A stretch of 64,000 nt of DNA, from contig CAVXXK010000006.1 of NCBI GenBank assembly GCA_963765675.1, positions 320,001-384,000 of the forward strand. Reading direction: 5' to 3'. The position numbers and the translations under genes are program-made. The notes under the pieces are model-generated. The model saw only the letters and a program-made list of their open reading frames with translations. It made no database searches and was not told where the DNA came from. Of the stretch, positions 29,411-39,298 are shown in pieces; the stretch's first letter is position 1; each line of letters begins with the position of its first letter. The stretch comes from an uncultured delta proteobacterium (GTDB lineage: Bacteria; Desulfobacterota; Binatia; Binatales; Binataceae).

Positions 29411-30670
29411 TTATCTGGATTCCGAGACCGCCGAGGCACCCGCGCTGGCGCGCTGGGGCGTGAAGCGCACAGGCATGTGCTTGATGCCGGCGACGAAGTT
29501 CGAGCGCAGCCGCTCGACCGGCCCCGCGAGTTCCAGGTCGGGCATCCGCCGGTTGATCGCTTCAATCATTACCTTGAGTTCGATCCGCGCGAGGTTCGCG
29601 CCCAGGCAGAAATGCTCGCCGTGGCCGAACGCCAGGTGATCATTCGGCGTCCGCGTCAGGTCGAACGCGTCAGGATTCGGAAACGCCGCGGCGTCGCGGT
29701 TTGCCGACGCGTTCCAGATTACGACGCGGTCGCCATTCTTGATCTTCTGCCCGCGCAGCTCGCCGTCCTTCTTCGCGGTGCGCAGGATGTGTGTGACCGG
29801 ACTGGTGTAGCGGAGAAATTCCTCGATCGCGGTCGCGGTGATATCCGGGTTGCGGCGCAGCAGCGCGCGCTGATCCGGGTTTTCCAGAATTGCCAGCATC
29901 CCGCCCGAGGTCGCGTTGCGCGTCGTCTCCTGGCCGGCGACCAGCAGCAGCAGGCAGTTGAATAGGATCTCCATGTCGTTCAGGCGGTCGCCCTCGGCTT
30001 CGCCGCTTACCAGCGCGGTCAGCAAATCCTCGCCGGGATTTTTGCGCCGCTCTTCGATCAGCTTCGAGAAGAAGCTGAAGAACTGCATCTGCGCGTACTG
30101 CCCGGTCTCGATCGCGCTGCGGCCTTGCTGATACTCGGGATCCTCGAATCCGATCGACATGTTGGCGAGCGTGAACATAAGATCGTAATGCTCGCGATCC
30201 ACGCCCATCATCTCGCAGATCACGGCGGTCGGCAGCTTCGCCGCCACGTCGACCACGAAATCGCATTCGCCGCGCTCGATCACGCCGTCGATTATTTCCT
30301 CGCAGAGGCGGCGCACCTGCACCTCGTACGGCGCGAGCGCCTTGGGTGTAAAGCGGCGGTTTACGATCTGGCGCAGCTTGCCATGACGCGGAGGATCGGT
30401 CGTCAGCAGCATCATGCCGAAGCCGGACTGCGCCCCCGCGTCGGCGTTGAAGTTGAATTGCAGCGACATCCCGCGCTCGGAGCTGTAGGTATTCGGATCG
30501 TGATAGACCTTCAGGCTGTCGTCATAGCGAGCGACCGACCAGAAACCTTGTCCCGCGGCGCGCTCGTGCCAATAGACAGGAGCCTCGGCGCGCAGCACCT
30601 TGAATGCCTCGAGATGCTCTCCGCGCAGGAACATTTCGTTATCCATCAGGTCGATATCTTGAAGCTTCAT
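29411..30670 (-). CDS. Cytochrome P450 (CYP125/142-like)
   Basis: DPPRH, AGQETT I-helix, EEFLR, FGHGEHFCLGA heme motif. Confidence 0.95.
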   Translation of the reverse strand: MKLQDIDLMDNEMFLRGEHLEAFKVLRAEAPVYWHERAAGQGFWSVARYDDSLKVYHDPNTYSSERGMSLQFNFNADAGAQSGFGMMLLTTDPPRHGKLRQIVNRRFTPKALAPYEVQVRRLCEEIIDGVIERGECDFVVDVAAKLPTAVICEMMGVDREHYDLMFTLANMSIGFEDPEYQQGRSAIETGQYAQMQFFSFFSKLIEERRKNPGEDLLTALVSGEAEGDRLNDMEILFNCLLLLVAGQETTRNATSGGMLAILENPDQRALLRRNPDITATAIEEFLRYTSPVTHILRTAKKDGELRGQKIKNGDRVVIWNASANRDAAAFPNPDAFDLTRTPNDHLAFGHGEHFCLGANLARIELKVMIEAINRRMPDLELAGPVERLRSNFVAGIKHMPVRFTPQRASAGASAVSESR

Positions 30671-30760
30671 GGTGCGGCCTCCGGCGCGAACGCGCTTTCG
30701 CGAGATCGAAATTGTAGGGAATTTCGCGCGCGGTGACTAACGACTGAACCGCGAAAATAG

Positions 30761-31342
30761 TCAGTGCCGGAAGGCCTCGATTTCGAGCAACCGGCGCTTG
30801 GCCTCAAGTCCCCAGCGGTAGTTGTGCAGCGCGCCATCAAAGGCGACAGCGCGATGGCACGGAATCAGGATCGAGACCGGGTTCGCTCCGACCGCGGCGC
30901 CAGTTGCGCGGGCCGCAGCGGGATTGCCAACGCGCCGTGCGACTTCGCCGTAGGTGCGAGTGGTGCCTGCAGGAATAGCGACCAGCTCGCGCCAGACACG
31001 GAGCTGAAATTCAGTGCCGCGAATATCGAGCGGGAGCGCCGGCATCGCGGTTTCGCCCGCCGCGTATTTCGCCAGGCCAGCGGCCCAATCCGCCACGACG
31101 CCATCGGCGCGGCTGATCGACGCGGCGTCGCGAAAATCGCGTCGCAATTCCGCAATCAGATAGTCGTCACCGCGATCGCTCGTGCGCTCCGCGCCGATCG
31201 CGGCAAAGCAGATGCCGCGGCGCGTGCCCGCGACCAGAATTCGTCCGAGAGGAGAATCCGTGATCGCGAAACCAATCTGCGCACCACGTCCGTGCGCGCC
31301 GTATTCCGACGTTGATAGGAGTTGAGAAGTTGTTGTCGTCAT
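30761..31342 (-). CDS. ogt: Methylated-DNA-protein-cysteine methyltransferase
   Basis: GTEFQLRVW, TYGEVA, IPCHR, YRWGLEAKRRLL; start codon uncertain. Confidence 0.9.
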   Translation of the reverse strand: MTTTTSQLLSTSEYGAHGRGAQIGFAITDSPLGRILVAGTRRGICFAAIGAERTSDRGDDYLIAELRRDFRDAASISRADGVVADWAAGLAKYAAGETAMPALPLDIRGTEFQLRVWRELVAIPAGTTRTYGEVARRVGNPAAARATGAAVGANPVSILIPCHRAVAFDGALHNYRWGLEAKRRLLEIEAFRH

Positions 31343-31410
31343 GACGGGGTATAACCCCGCGCTCACGCGATCGTGAGAGCTCGCCAATCCGAATTTTCTG
31401 GCATCGGAGT

Positions 31411-32622
31411 TCAGCCCTTGGGTAGTTTGAGGACTCGCTCGCCGATGATGTTGTGCTGAATCTCGCTCGAACCGGCCGCGATCGTCAGGCCGCGCGCAGC
31501 CAGCAATCGATGCGCCCACTTGCCGTGCTCGATCGCGTCCTTGCCGCCTTCGAGCGCGGCATACGGACCGAGCAATTCATCGGCGAACATCGCGACGCGC
31601 AAATTCAGCTCGGTCGCGAATAGCTTTCCGAACGAGCTCTCTGGTCCCGGCACGCGTCCGCGCAACTGCGCGCTGAGCGAGCGATAACGCGACAGCCGGA
31701 GGCATCGCGAGTCGCTCGAAAACTGCGCCAGCCGCTGCCTGACATACGGATGCTCTCGCGCGGGGACGCCCTGGAAATCTACCTTCTTCGCCAGCTCGAC
31801 CAGCTCATTGATCGTGCGTTCGATCGGATGGCGCGTGCCGCCGGAGACACGCTCGTACATCAGCGTCGCGATCGAGACCTGCCATCCCTGGTTGATCTCA
31901 CCGACCAGGTTTTCTTTCGGCACTTTCACGTTGTCGTAAAATACTTCGTTGAACCCCGACTCGCCGGTTATCTGCACCAGCGGACGAACCGTGATTCCGG
32001 GCGAGTGCATATCGACCAGCAGATACGAGATTCCTTTGTGCTTGGGCGCGGACGGATCGGTGCGCACCAGCAGCACCTGCCAGTCGGCGCGATGAGCAAG
32101 ACTGGTCCAGACCTTCTGCCCGTTGACGACGAAGTTGTCCCCCTCGAGGACGGCGCGCGTCTGGAGACCCGCCAGGTCGGAGCCTGCATTCGGCTCGGAA
32201 TACCCCTGGCACCAAATTTCCTCGCCGGTCAGCATCTTGGGCAGATAGCGCTTGCGTTGCGCCTCGTTGCCCATCAGCGCGATGGTCGGGCCGATTCTAT
32301 CGAGCGCGAGTTGGTTGCATCCGTAGAGCGGCAGGCCGAGGCGCAGCACTTCGTCCTGGTAGATCGACTGCTCGATTATTCCCGCGCCGGTGCCGCCCCA
32401 TTCGACCGGCCAGTGCAGCGCGGCGTATCCCGCGGAGAAGAGCCTGCGATGATACTCGCGCATCTTGTTCCACTGCGCGTCGTCGCGGACGTCGAGCAGG
32501 CTCGCGGTCGAGGCGCCCATGCCCTCGCCGCCGCGGCCGAGAACCTCCCGTGAATTCTTTTCGAGCCACCCGCGCAGCTCTGCGCGGAATGCATCCTGTT
32601 CGGGCGTATAGCTGAAGTCCAT
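31411..32622 (-). CDS. Acyl-CoA dehydrogenase family protein
   Basis: WCQGYSEPNAGSDL, NGQKVWTS, FNEVFYD, TIAAGSSEIQHNII. Confidence 0.93.
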   Translation of the reverse strand: MDFSYTPEQDAFRAELRGWLEKNSREVLGRGGEGMGASTASLLDVRDDAQWNKMREYHRRLFSAGYAALHWPVEWGGTGAGIIEQSIYQDEVLRLGLPLYGCNQLALDRIGPTIALMGNEAQRKRYLPKMLTGEEIWCQGYSEPNAGSDLAGLQTRAVLEGDNFVVNGQKVWTSLAHRADWQVLLVRTDPSAPKHKGISYLLVDMHSPGITVRPLVQITGESGFNEVFYDNVKVPKENLVGEINQGWQVSIATLMYERVSGGTRHPIERTINELVELAKKVDFQGVPAREHPYVRQRLAQFSSDSRCLRLSRYRSLSAQLRGRVPGPESSFGKLFATELNLRVAMFADELLGPYAALEGGKDAIEHGKWAHRLLAARGLTIAAGSSEIQHNIIGERVLKLPKG

Positions 32623-32706
32623 CGGTTTCTCCGCGAGGTAGGATAACGCGCGAGAGTATAGCGCCGAGGCAGCAGAGTTTTGAAACGCGCGCAGAGCCAG
32701 CGGTTA

Positions 32707-32795
32707 GAGCAAGGCCGCCCTCACCCCCGCGGCACGGCGATTGCTGATAAAGAGCAATCGCCGCGCCGCGGACCCTCTCCCGGCGGGAGAGGGAA
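32707..32795 (+). repeat. REP-like unit, family A
   Basis: GAGCAAGGCCGCCCTCACC..CGGCGATTGCT..AGCAATCGCCG..CCCTCTCCCGGCGGGAGAGGG. Confidence 0.8.
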
Positions 32796-32812
32796 ATAGG
32801 GTAGGCGAAGCG

Positions 32813-33658
32813 CTACTTCTCGAAGGACGGGCCGATAAACCCTTGCGCCGGAATCGCCGTCTGCTGGCGAGGCGAGTCAGGCCGCTCGAAGAACTGGCTC
32901 CCGATCGTCAGGCCGCCATCGACGACCATCGCCTGTCCCGTGATCCACTGCGAGTCGTCGCTGGCGAGGAACAGCGCCATGTTCGCGATATCCTCAGGAT
33001 GCCCCGCGCGCTGGATCGGCTGGCCATGCGCCATCCACTGTTCCATCGCGTCCTTCATCCCGGGCTGATTGCGATGCAGGATCGGAGTGTTGATTCCGCC
33101 CGGACAGATGCAGTTGACGCGAATCTTGTCCTTGGCGAATTCGAGCGCCGCCGAGCGCGTCAGGTTGACGACTCCGGCTTTCGCCGCGCAATAGGCATGG
33201 AGACCCGCAAAGCCGCGGATGCCGGCGACTGACGCGGTAGAGATGATAGATCCGCCGCCCGCCTTGCGCATCTCGGGCACCGCGTGTTTCATTCCAAGGA
33301 ACACTGAGCGCATCAGGACCGCGAAGCTCTTATCCCAATCCTCGACGCTGATCTGTTCGAGCGGTCCGACCGCTCCGCCGATACCGGCGTTGTTGTAGAT
33401 AACGTCGAGGCGGCCGAATTCCTTGATCGCGCGGGCGATGAGAGTTTTGATTTCTGCCTCGCCCGAGACGTCGGCCTTTTGAAAGACTGCGCGGCCGCCG
33501 TTCTCCTTGCAGTCGCGAACCGCTGCCTCGCCGCCTTCGGCATTCAGGTCCGCGATTACGACCGCCGCGCCTTCACCCGCAAAACGGATCGCGGTGCCGC
33601 GTCCGATTCCGCTCGCCGCGCCGGTGATGATTGCGACTTTTCCATCGAGTCTGCCCAT
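32813..33658 (-). CDS. SDR oxidoreductase (paralogue 3)
   Basis: TGAASGIG, NNAG, STAS, YCAAK, CPGGINT. Confidence 0.93.
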   Translation of the reverse strand: MGRLDGKVAIITGAASGIGRGTAIRFAGEGAAVVIADLNAEGGEAAVRDCKENGGRAVFQKADVSGEAEIKTLIARAIKEFGRLDVIYNNAGIGGAVGPLEQISVEDWDKSFAVLMRSVFLGMKHAVPEMRKAGGGSIISTASVAGIRGFAGLHAYCAAKAGVVNLTRSAALEFAKDKIRVNCICPGGINTPILHRNQPGMKDAMEQWMAHGQPIQRAGHPEDIANMALFLASDDSQWITGQAMVVDGGLTIGSQFFERPDSPRQQTAIPAQGFIGPSFEK

Positions 33659-33691
33659 GATGATTACTCCTCAGAAGATAAAAGCTTGCGC

Positions 33692-34540
33692 CTATTTTCG
33701 ATCTGTCCTGGTGAATGATGGACCCGCAAAGTTTCCGGGAACCGCCGGCGGCGCCGGGCGATTGTTCCCGATCACCGTGCCGCCTGCTGTCATGCCGCCG
33801 TCTACGACCATCGCGGCCCCCGTGACCCATTCCGCTTCGTCGCTGGCCAAGTATAGCGCCATGTTCGCAATATCATCGGGACGTCCCGCGCGCGGAATCG
33901 GCTGAATCAGCGCGAGGAATTGCGCCGCGGTCTCCTCGCCTCCTGGCAGCCTGCCGTTAATGAGCGGAGTGTTGATTCCACCCGGACAAATACAGTTGAC
34001 GCGAATCCTGTCTTTGCCGACTTCGAGCGCCACCGAGCGCGTGAGATTGATCACTCCCGCCTTCGCCGCACTGTAGGCGTGAGGACCCGCGCCTCCGCGC
34101 AAGCCTGCGACCGAGGCGGTCGAGATGATCGAGCCTCCGCCGGCCTTGCGCATCTCGGGCACGGCATATTTCATTCCGGCGAACACCGCGCGCAGCAGTA
34201 TCGCCATCGTCATGTCCCAATTCTCGAACGTGATCTCGTCGATCGCTCCGATCGCACCTCCCAGGCCCGCGTTGTTGAACATCGTATCGAGCTTGCCGAA
34301 TTCGTTGACCGCGCGATCGACGGCGCCTTTGACATCCTCGCCGACGGCGACATCGGTCTTCTGGAACACCGCGTGGCCGCCATTCTCCCTGCACGCGCGC
34401 ACCGCGGACTCTCCGCCCTCCTGGTTGAGGTCGGCTATCACCACCGATGCGCCTTCGCCCGCAAACCGGATCGCGGTCGCGCGGCCGATACCGCTGGCCG
34501 CGCCGGTGATCACCGCCACTTTGCCTTCGAGTCTGCCCAT
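33692..34540 (-). CDS. SDR oxidoreductase (paralogue 2)
   Basis: TGAASGIG, NNAG, YSAAK. Confidence 0.93.
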   Translation of the reverse strand: MGRLEGKVAVITGAASGIGRATAIRFAGEGASVVIADLNQEGGESAVRACRENGGHAVFQKTDVAVGEDVKGAVDRAVNEFGKLDTMFNNAGLGGAIGAIDEITFENWDMTMAILLRAVFAGMKYAVPEMRKAGGGSIISTASVAGLRGGAGPHAYSAAKAGVINLTRSVALEVGKDRIRVNCICPGGINTPLINGRLPGGEETAAQFLALIQPIPRAGRPDDIANMALYLASDEAEWVTGAAMVVDGGMTAGGTVIGNNRPAPPAVPGNFAGPSFTRTDRK

Positions 34541-34688
34541 GGTCGTTCTTCCCTTTAAGAAATAACTTTCCGCCGCGACGCGGTGCCCCTCAACCTAATA
34601 GCCGTTAGGGCGATCTGACGCAAAGCGCGGTCCGCCCGCCGTGGACGGTCGGTAGCCTCCCCGCCATCGTTCCGTGCGCGGCGACGGA

Positions 34689-35525
34689 CTACTTCCCGTG
34701 CTTTTCGAACGACGGACCCGAGAAGACGCCGTCGCCCGGGATACCCGGAAGGCGAAAGCGGGCGTTGCCGGTATTCACGCCGCCATCTACCACCATCGCG
34801 GTGCCGGTTATCCATTCCGAATCATCGCTGGCCAGGAACAGCGCCATCTTCGCGATATCCTCAGGACGTCCCGCGCGAGGGATCGGTTGCATCCGCGCCA
34901 TATTCTTCTCGGCGGCTTCCTCGGCGCCCGGCCTCCCGCGATGAATTAGCGGAGTGTTGACGCCACCCGGACAGATGCAGTTGACGCGGATCCTGTCGTG
35001 CCCGACCTCGATCGCAACTGCCTCGGTCAGGTTGACGACCGCGGCCTTGGCCGCGCTGTATGGGGCGAGGAATCCGACCCCGCGCAGCCCGGCGACTGAG
35101 GCGGTCGAGATGATCGATCCGCCGCCCGACTTGCGGATTGCGGGAATCGAGTACTTCATCCCCAGGAACGCCGCCCGCAGCAGAATCGCGATGGTCTGGT
35201 CGAAATCCTGCGCCGCAACTTTGTCTATCGGGCCCACCGCGCCGGCCACACCGGCGTTGTTGTACATGATATCCAGCCTGCCGTATTCGCGGACCGCGCG
35301 ATCGACGGCGGCTTTGATATCGGGCTCGCTGGTCACGTCGGTGCGCTGGAACACCGCGCGTCCGCCGGCCGCGGCGCATTCCGCGACGGCGGTCTCTCCG
35401 CCCTGTGAATTCAGATCGGTCAGAACGACCGCGGCGCCTTCCTTCGCGAACAGGATCGCCGTCGCGCGTCCCATCCCGCTGGCGGCGCCGGTGATAACCG
35501 CAACTTTTCCATTGAGTTTGCCCAT
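34689..35525 (-). CDS. SDR oxidoreductase (paralogue 1)
   Basis: MGKLNGKVAVITGAASGMG, NNAG, YSAAK; start placed by homology with the other two paralogues. Confidence 0.93.
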   Translation of the reverse strand: MGKLNGKVAVITGAASGMGRATAILFAKEGAAVVLTDLNSQGGETAVAECAAAGGRAVFQRTDVTSEPDIKAAVDRAVREYGRLDIMYNNAGVAGAVGPIDKVAAQDFDQTIAILLRAAFLGMKYSIPAIRKSGGGSIISTASVAGLRGVGFLAPYSAAKAAVVNLTEAVAIEVGHDRIRVNCICPGGVNTPLIHRGRPGAEEAAEKNMARMQPIPRAGRPEDIAKMALFLASDDSEWITGTAMVVDGGVNTGNARFRLPGIPGDGVFSGPSFEKHGK

Positions 35526-35706
35526 CACGATAACCTCGCTTGCTGAATAGCAAGCAATGGCGTCCGACTGGAAGCGGCGCAAGCAACCGGAAAGCAAAGA
35601 CTCGAGGGATTGAGATAGAAGTGTGCGCTGATCTGGAGGCCAACCAGCGAGCGAGAAAAGTGTCGAAACCGGATTCCCGAACGGAATCCCGCCGCGACGG
35701 TGCAAA

Positions 35707-36336
35707 CTATCTGAGCGTAACGCGTCGCCGCCGCAAGAGGCGCGACCATGACGATGCGGGCTTTTGCGGCGTTTCCTCCAGTATCGCGATAGCCGCAACG
35801 CGAATCCGCTCGGTCATCGCTTTGAAGTCTCGGGGAGATTCTTCAATGAGCTCATCAGGGAGCGGGCCGGATTCGACGGCGGCGCTTGCCTCCGCGCCCG
35901 CCGTCGATCCCTCGCGAATTTGGCGCAGGATGAAAAGCAAGTCCGCTTTGCCGCGCAGAGATCCGAACAGAGAAGAGCGCGACAGCGCTTGGAGTTCCTC
36001 AGGCGTCACGCTCAGGCGCTCAAGGAGTTCATGGTCGCTGGAGAACTCCTCAAAGATCCGATGGCGCGGGACGCCTTCGCCGTCAAGAGCTGCCGAATCC
36101 TCGCAACATTCGGGAGGCTCCGAAGCTGACCCGCATTCCGCTGCATCGGCAGCCGAAATCAGATCGCTTTCCGGCTGTGGTTCTGATTCGTGCCTCAATG
36201 AGTTTGAAAGCCCGGAGTCTGCCAATCTTATCGAATCGGCGAGACACTTAACTGCCGCCAGAAATTCGCGCATTATGCGTTCCGCTCGTTCCGCGTTGAG
36301 GTTAGAGTTAACAGTGTTCAATTCCGACGCCTTCAT
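35707..36336 (-). CDS. Hypothetical protein
   Basis: 209-aa ORF with a GGGGG RBS-like run upstream; co-oriented with neighbours; helical core flanked by acidic linkers. Confidence 0.6.
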   Translation of the reverse strand: MKASELNTVNSNLNAERAERIMREFLAAVKCLADSIRLADSGLSNSLRHESEPQPESDLISAADAAECGSASEPPECCEDSAALDGEGVPRHRIFEEFSSDHELLERLSVTPEELQALSRSSLFGSLRGKADLLFILRQIREGSTAGAEASAAVESGPLPDELIEESPRDFKAMTERIRVAAIAILEETPQKPASSWSRLLRRRRVTLR

Positions 36337-36382
36337 GACGCGCTAGTGAACACCCCCTTTTGCGTGCTCCGCGTCTGAAAAT

Positions 36383-36844
36383 TTACTGAGCCAAACCCCG
36401 TGACTTTCCGTCGAAACTCTCGGCCAAAGCCGAGAACTCCTGATGCAGGACCTTGGCCGGCTCAAAAGCGTTGACCAAATCCGCAAGCCGCTCCTGCAGA
36501 TTAGCTGCCGGCTCCAACGCTTCGGTCAGCTGCCGCAAACTTTCGCCAAATGCAGCCGCGAGCTGATCGAGTTGGGTGTTGAGATCCCGCAGCGGCGTGA
36601 ATTGCTGCAACACCGTGCGGAGTTGACTGCGGAAATTGTGCATCGGCTCGAGCACCTTGGCGAGCTCCTCGATCTGCGCCGCGAATTCCTTCAAGGGCTT
36701 GAACACCGCCGTCAACTGGGCAAGCTGCTGCATCGGCTCCAGAATGTGCGAGAGTCCAGCTAACTGGTCCTGCAAAGGTTTGACCCGCTCAAAGATGGTG
36801 GACACGGCGATTGTGGACTCAAACGATCCTTGTTGATCCGACAT
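36383..36844 (-). CDS. Hypothetical amphipathic helical-repeat protein
   Basis: GAGGA RBS before the ATG at 36844; repeated [LF]-x-P-[LMA] units. Confidence 0.7.
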   Translation of the reverse strand: MSDQQGSFESTIAVSTIFERVKPLQDQLAGLSHILEPMQQLAQLTAVFKPLKEFAAQIEELAKVLEPMHNFRSQLRTVLQQFTPLRDLNTQLDQLAAAFGESLRQLTEALEPAANLQERLADLVNAFEPAKVLHQEFSALAESFDGKSRGLAQ

Positions 36845-37164
36845 GTTTTTATCCTCTACAAGCAAAAACTTATAATTTTCGAAAACCACGTTCCCGGTAC
36901 CTACTTAGGCAACGCTTGTCCAAAGCATGAAATGTGCCGCCTTGTTGTGGACTTCGCGCTACTCAAAGATGCAAGGATTTATCGCGCCCGCGGTCATCGA
37001 GTAGCCTCGCGGCGTATCAGATCCGACACAATAAGGGATTTCCGCGCGGTCAGTTTGTCACTTTTATACTACAAAATGGTTTACAAAAGTGATTTTCCTT
37101 ACGCCTACGAGATTCGTTCCCGATGCGCCGAATGAAACGATGGCAGATTGGAGCCGACCCTCGA

Positions 37165-37173
37165 TGCTATAAT
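37165..37173 (+). promoter_or_regulatory. Extended -10 promoter of uvrC
   Basis: Perfect TG-C-TATAAT ending 10 nt before an in-frame ATG at 37184. Confidence 0.6.
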
Positions 37174-37183
37174 TGCGCCCGCG

Positions 37184-39298
37184 ATGGCGAGCGAAGACGA
37201 GAGGGGGCGGGGGACGCCGATCGGGCCGAGCTATAGCTCCCTGGTCGAGTATCCTGAGGATCCGGCTGCGCGAGCGCCGGCCGTGCTCGAGCTGAAGCCA
37301 GAGAACACCGCGTCCGAGGACGACCCGATCGAGCGCAAACTCGCGATCACGCCGCCAGCGCCGGGTGTCTATCTGCTGAAGGATCGCGCGGGCAAAGTCC
37401 TTTACGTCGGTAAGGCCAAGTCGCTGCGTCCTCGCGTGCGCTCGTACTTTCGTCCTGCCCGCGAGGGTGAGGCCGGCGACGGGCGCTACCAGGTGCGCTT
37501 CCTGATGCGCAAGGTGCGCGACTTCGACACGATCGTCACCGCGAGCGAGAAAGAAGCGCTCATCCTCGAAAACAATCTGATCAAACAGTACAAGCCGCGC
37601 TACAACATCCGGCTGAAAGACGACAAATCCTACCTGAGCGCCAAGGTCACCAAGCACGCGTGGCCGCGAATCACCGTTACGCGACGCATCGTGAAGGACG
37701 GCGGGCGCTACTTCGGCCCATTTGGATCGGCTGACGGACTGCGCGAGACGATCGACGTTATCCGCAAGGTGTTTCCGCTGCGGACTTGCTCCGACGGCGT
37801 GTTCCGCAATCGCACGCGGCCGTGCCTCGAGTATCAGATCAAGCGATGCCTCGGGCCGTGCTGCCTGCCCGTCGATCGCGAGGAGTACGAAAAGCATCTG
37901 CACGCCGCCGAGCTATTGCTCGAGGGCAAGAACCTGGAGCTCTTGCGCGAGATGCGCGATCAGATGAAGGCGCATGCTTCGCGCCTCGAATTCGAAGACG
38001 CCGCGCGCGTTCGCGACCGGGTCAAGGCGATCGAGAAAACCGTCGAGCGCCAGACCGTGCTCCATCACATGGGAATCGATCAGGACGTGTTCGGCCTCTA
38101 CCGCGAAGGCGGCGAGATCGAGGCGATCGTCCTGATCGTGCGCGGCGGCAAGCTGACCAGCACGCAGAGCTGGAGTTTCCAGGATCTGGAATTCTCGGAT
38201 CACGACGTGTTGTCAGATCTGCTGACGCAATACTATCAGGGCGCGCGTGCGATTCCTGATGAAGTGATCGTTCCGGTCGAGCTCGAGGATGCGGCCGTGC
38301 GCGCCGAGCTGCTAACCGAGCGGCGCGGCAAGAAATGCGAGTTCGTCGTGCCGCAGCGGGGAGACAAGGTGCGGCTGATCGAGATGGCGCAGGAAAACGC
38401 GCGCCAGAGCTTCGCCGCGCGCCGCGACAAGGAACAGACCCGCGAGAAGATGCTCGAGGATCTGCGCACGCGGCTGCATCTCAAGAATTCTCCGAAGCGA
38501 ATCGAATGCTACGACATCTCGAATCTGCAGGGCTCGATGGTGGTCGGCTCGCAGGTCACGTTCGACGAGGGCGAGCCGCTGAAGGCTCAATACCGCCGCT
38601 ACCGGATTCGTGGCTTCGAGGGGCAGGACGATTTCGCAAGCCTCGATGAAGTGCTCGGCCGCCGCGTCAAGCGCGCCAAGCAGGAGAATCAATTTCCCGA
38701 CCTGTGGGTGATCGACGGCGGCAAAGGTCAGCTCAACGTTGCGCTGCAAGTGCTGCGCGAGAACGATCTGCTCGATCAGATCGATTGCATCTCGCTCGCC
38801 AAGCAGCACGTCCTCGACAGGCGCTACGACAAGGAAGTCTCGAAGTCCGAGGAGCGGGTGTTCCTGCCCGGGCGCAAGGATCCGATCGTGCTGCCCAAGA
38901 ACTCGACCGCGCTGTTCCTGCTGGTGCGCGTGCGCGACGAGGCGCATCGCTTCGCGATCACCTACAACCGCGAGCTGCGCCGGCGCGCGCGGATGCGCTC
39001 GGTCCTCGACGATATCGAGGGGATCGGCCCGGTGCGGCGCCGCGCGATGCTCCGGCATTTCGGCAGCCTGAAAAGAATTCGCGAAGCCTCGATCGAGGAG
39101 ATAGCGCAGGTCAAAGGCATCAACCTGGATCTCGCCGGCGAGATCCGGCGGCATCTTGATGCGATGGCATCAATCATCGACCGCGCAATGCAGGAAGAAG
39201 CCACCGAAGACGCGCGGGAAGATGCAGCGCGAGATGCCGGTGGCGTCAAAGCGGTTGCGCCCGATCTGCCTCGGGCCGAGGACGATGTCGTCTGGTAA
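37184..39298 (+). CDS. uvrC: Excinuclease ABC subunit C
   Basis: PGVYLLKD, LYVGKAKSLR, EALILENNLIK, IECYDISN, IDGGKGQ, RDEAHRFA, HhH. Confidence 0.96.
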   Translation: MASEDERGRGTPIGPSYSSLVEYPEDPAARAPAVLELKPENTASEDDPIERKLAITPPAPGVYLLKDRAGKVLYVGKAKSLRPRVRSYFRPAREGEAGDGRYQVRFLMRKVRDFDTIVTASEKEALILENNLIKQYKPRYNIRLKDDKSYLSAKVTKHAWPRITVTRRIVKDGGRYFGPFGSADGLRETIDVIRKVFPLRTCSDGVFRNRTRPCLEYQIKRCLGPCCLPVDREEYEKHLHAAELLLEGKNLELLREMRDQMKAHASRLEFEDAARVRDRVKAIEKTVERQTVLHHMGIDQDVFGLYREGGEIEAIVLIVRGGKLTSTQSWSFQDLEFSDHDVLSDLLTQYYQGARAIPDEVIVPVELEDAAVRAELLTERRGKKCEFVVPQRGDKVRLIEMAQENARQSFAARRDKEQTREKMLEDLRTRLHLKNSPKRIECYDISNLQGSMVVGSQVTFDEGEPLKAQYRRYRIRGFEGQDDFASLDEVLGRRVKRAKQENQFPDLWVIDGGKGQLNVALQVLRENDLLDQIDCISLAKQHVLDRRYDKEVSKSEERVFLPGRKDPIVLPKNSTALFLLVRVRDEAHRFAITYNRELRRRARMRSVLDDIEGIGPVRRRAMLRHFGSLKRIREASIEEIAQVKGINLDLAGEIRRHLDAMASIIDRAMQEEATEDAREDAARDAGGVKAVAPDLPRAEDDVVW

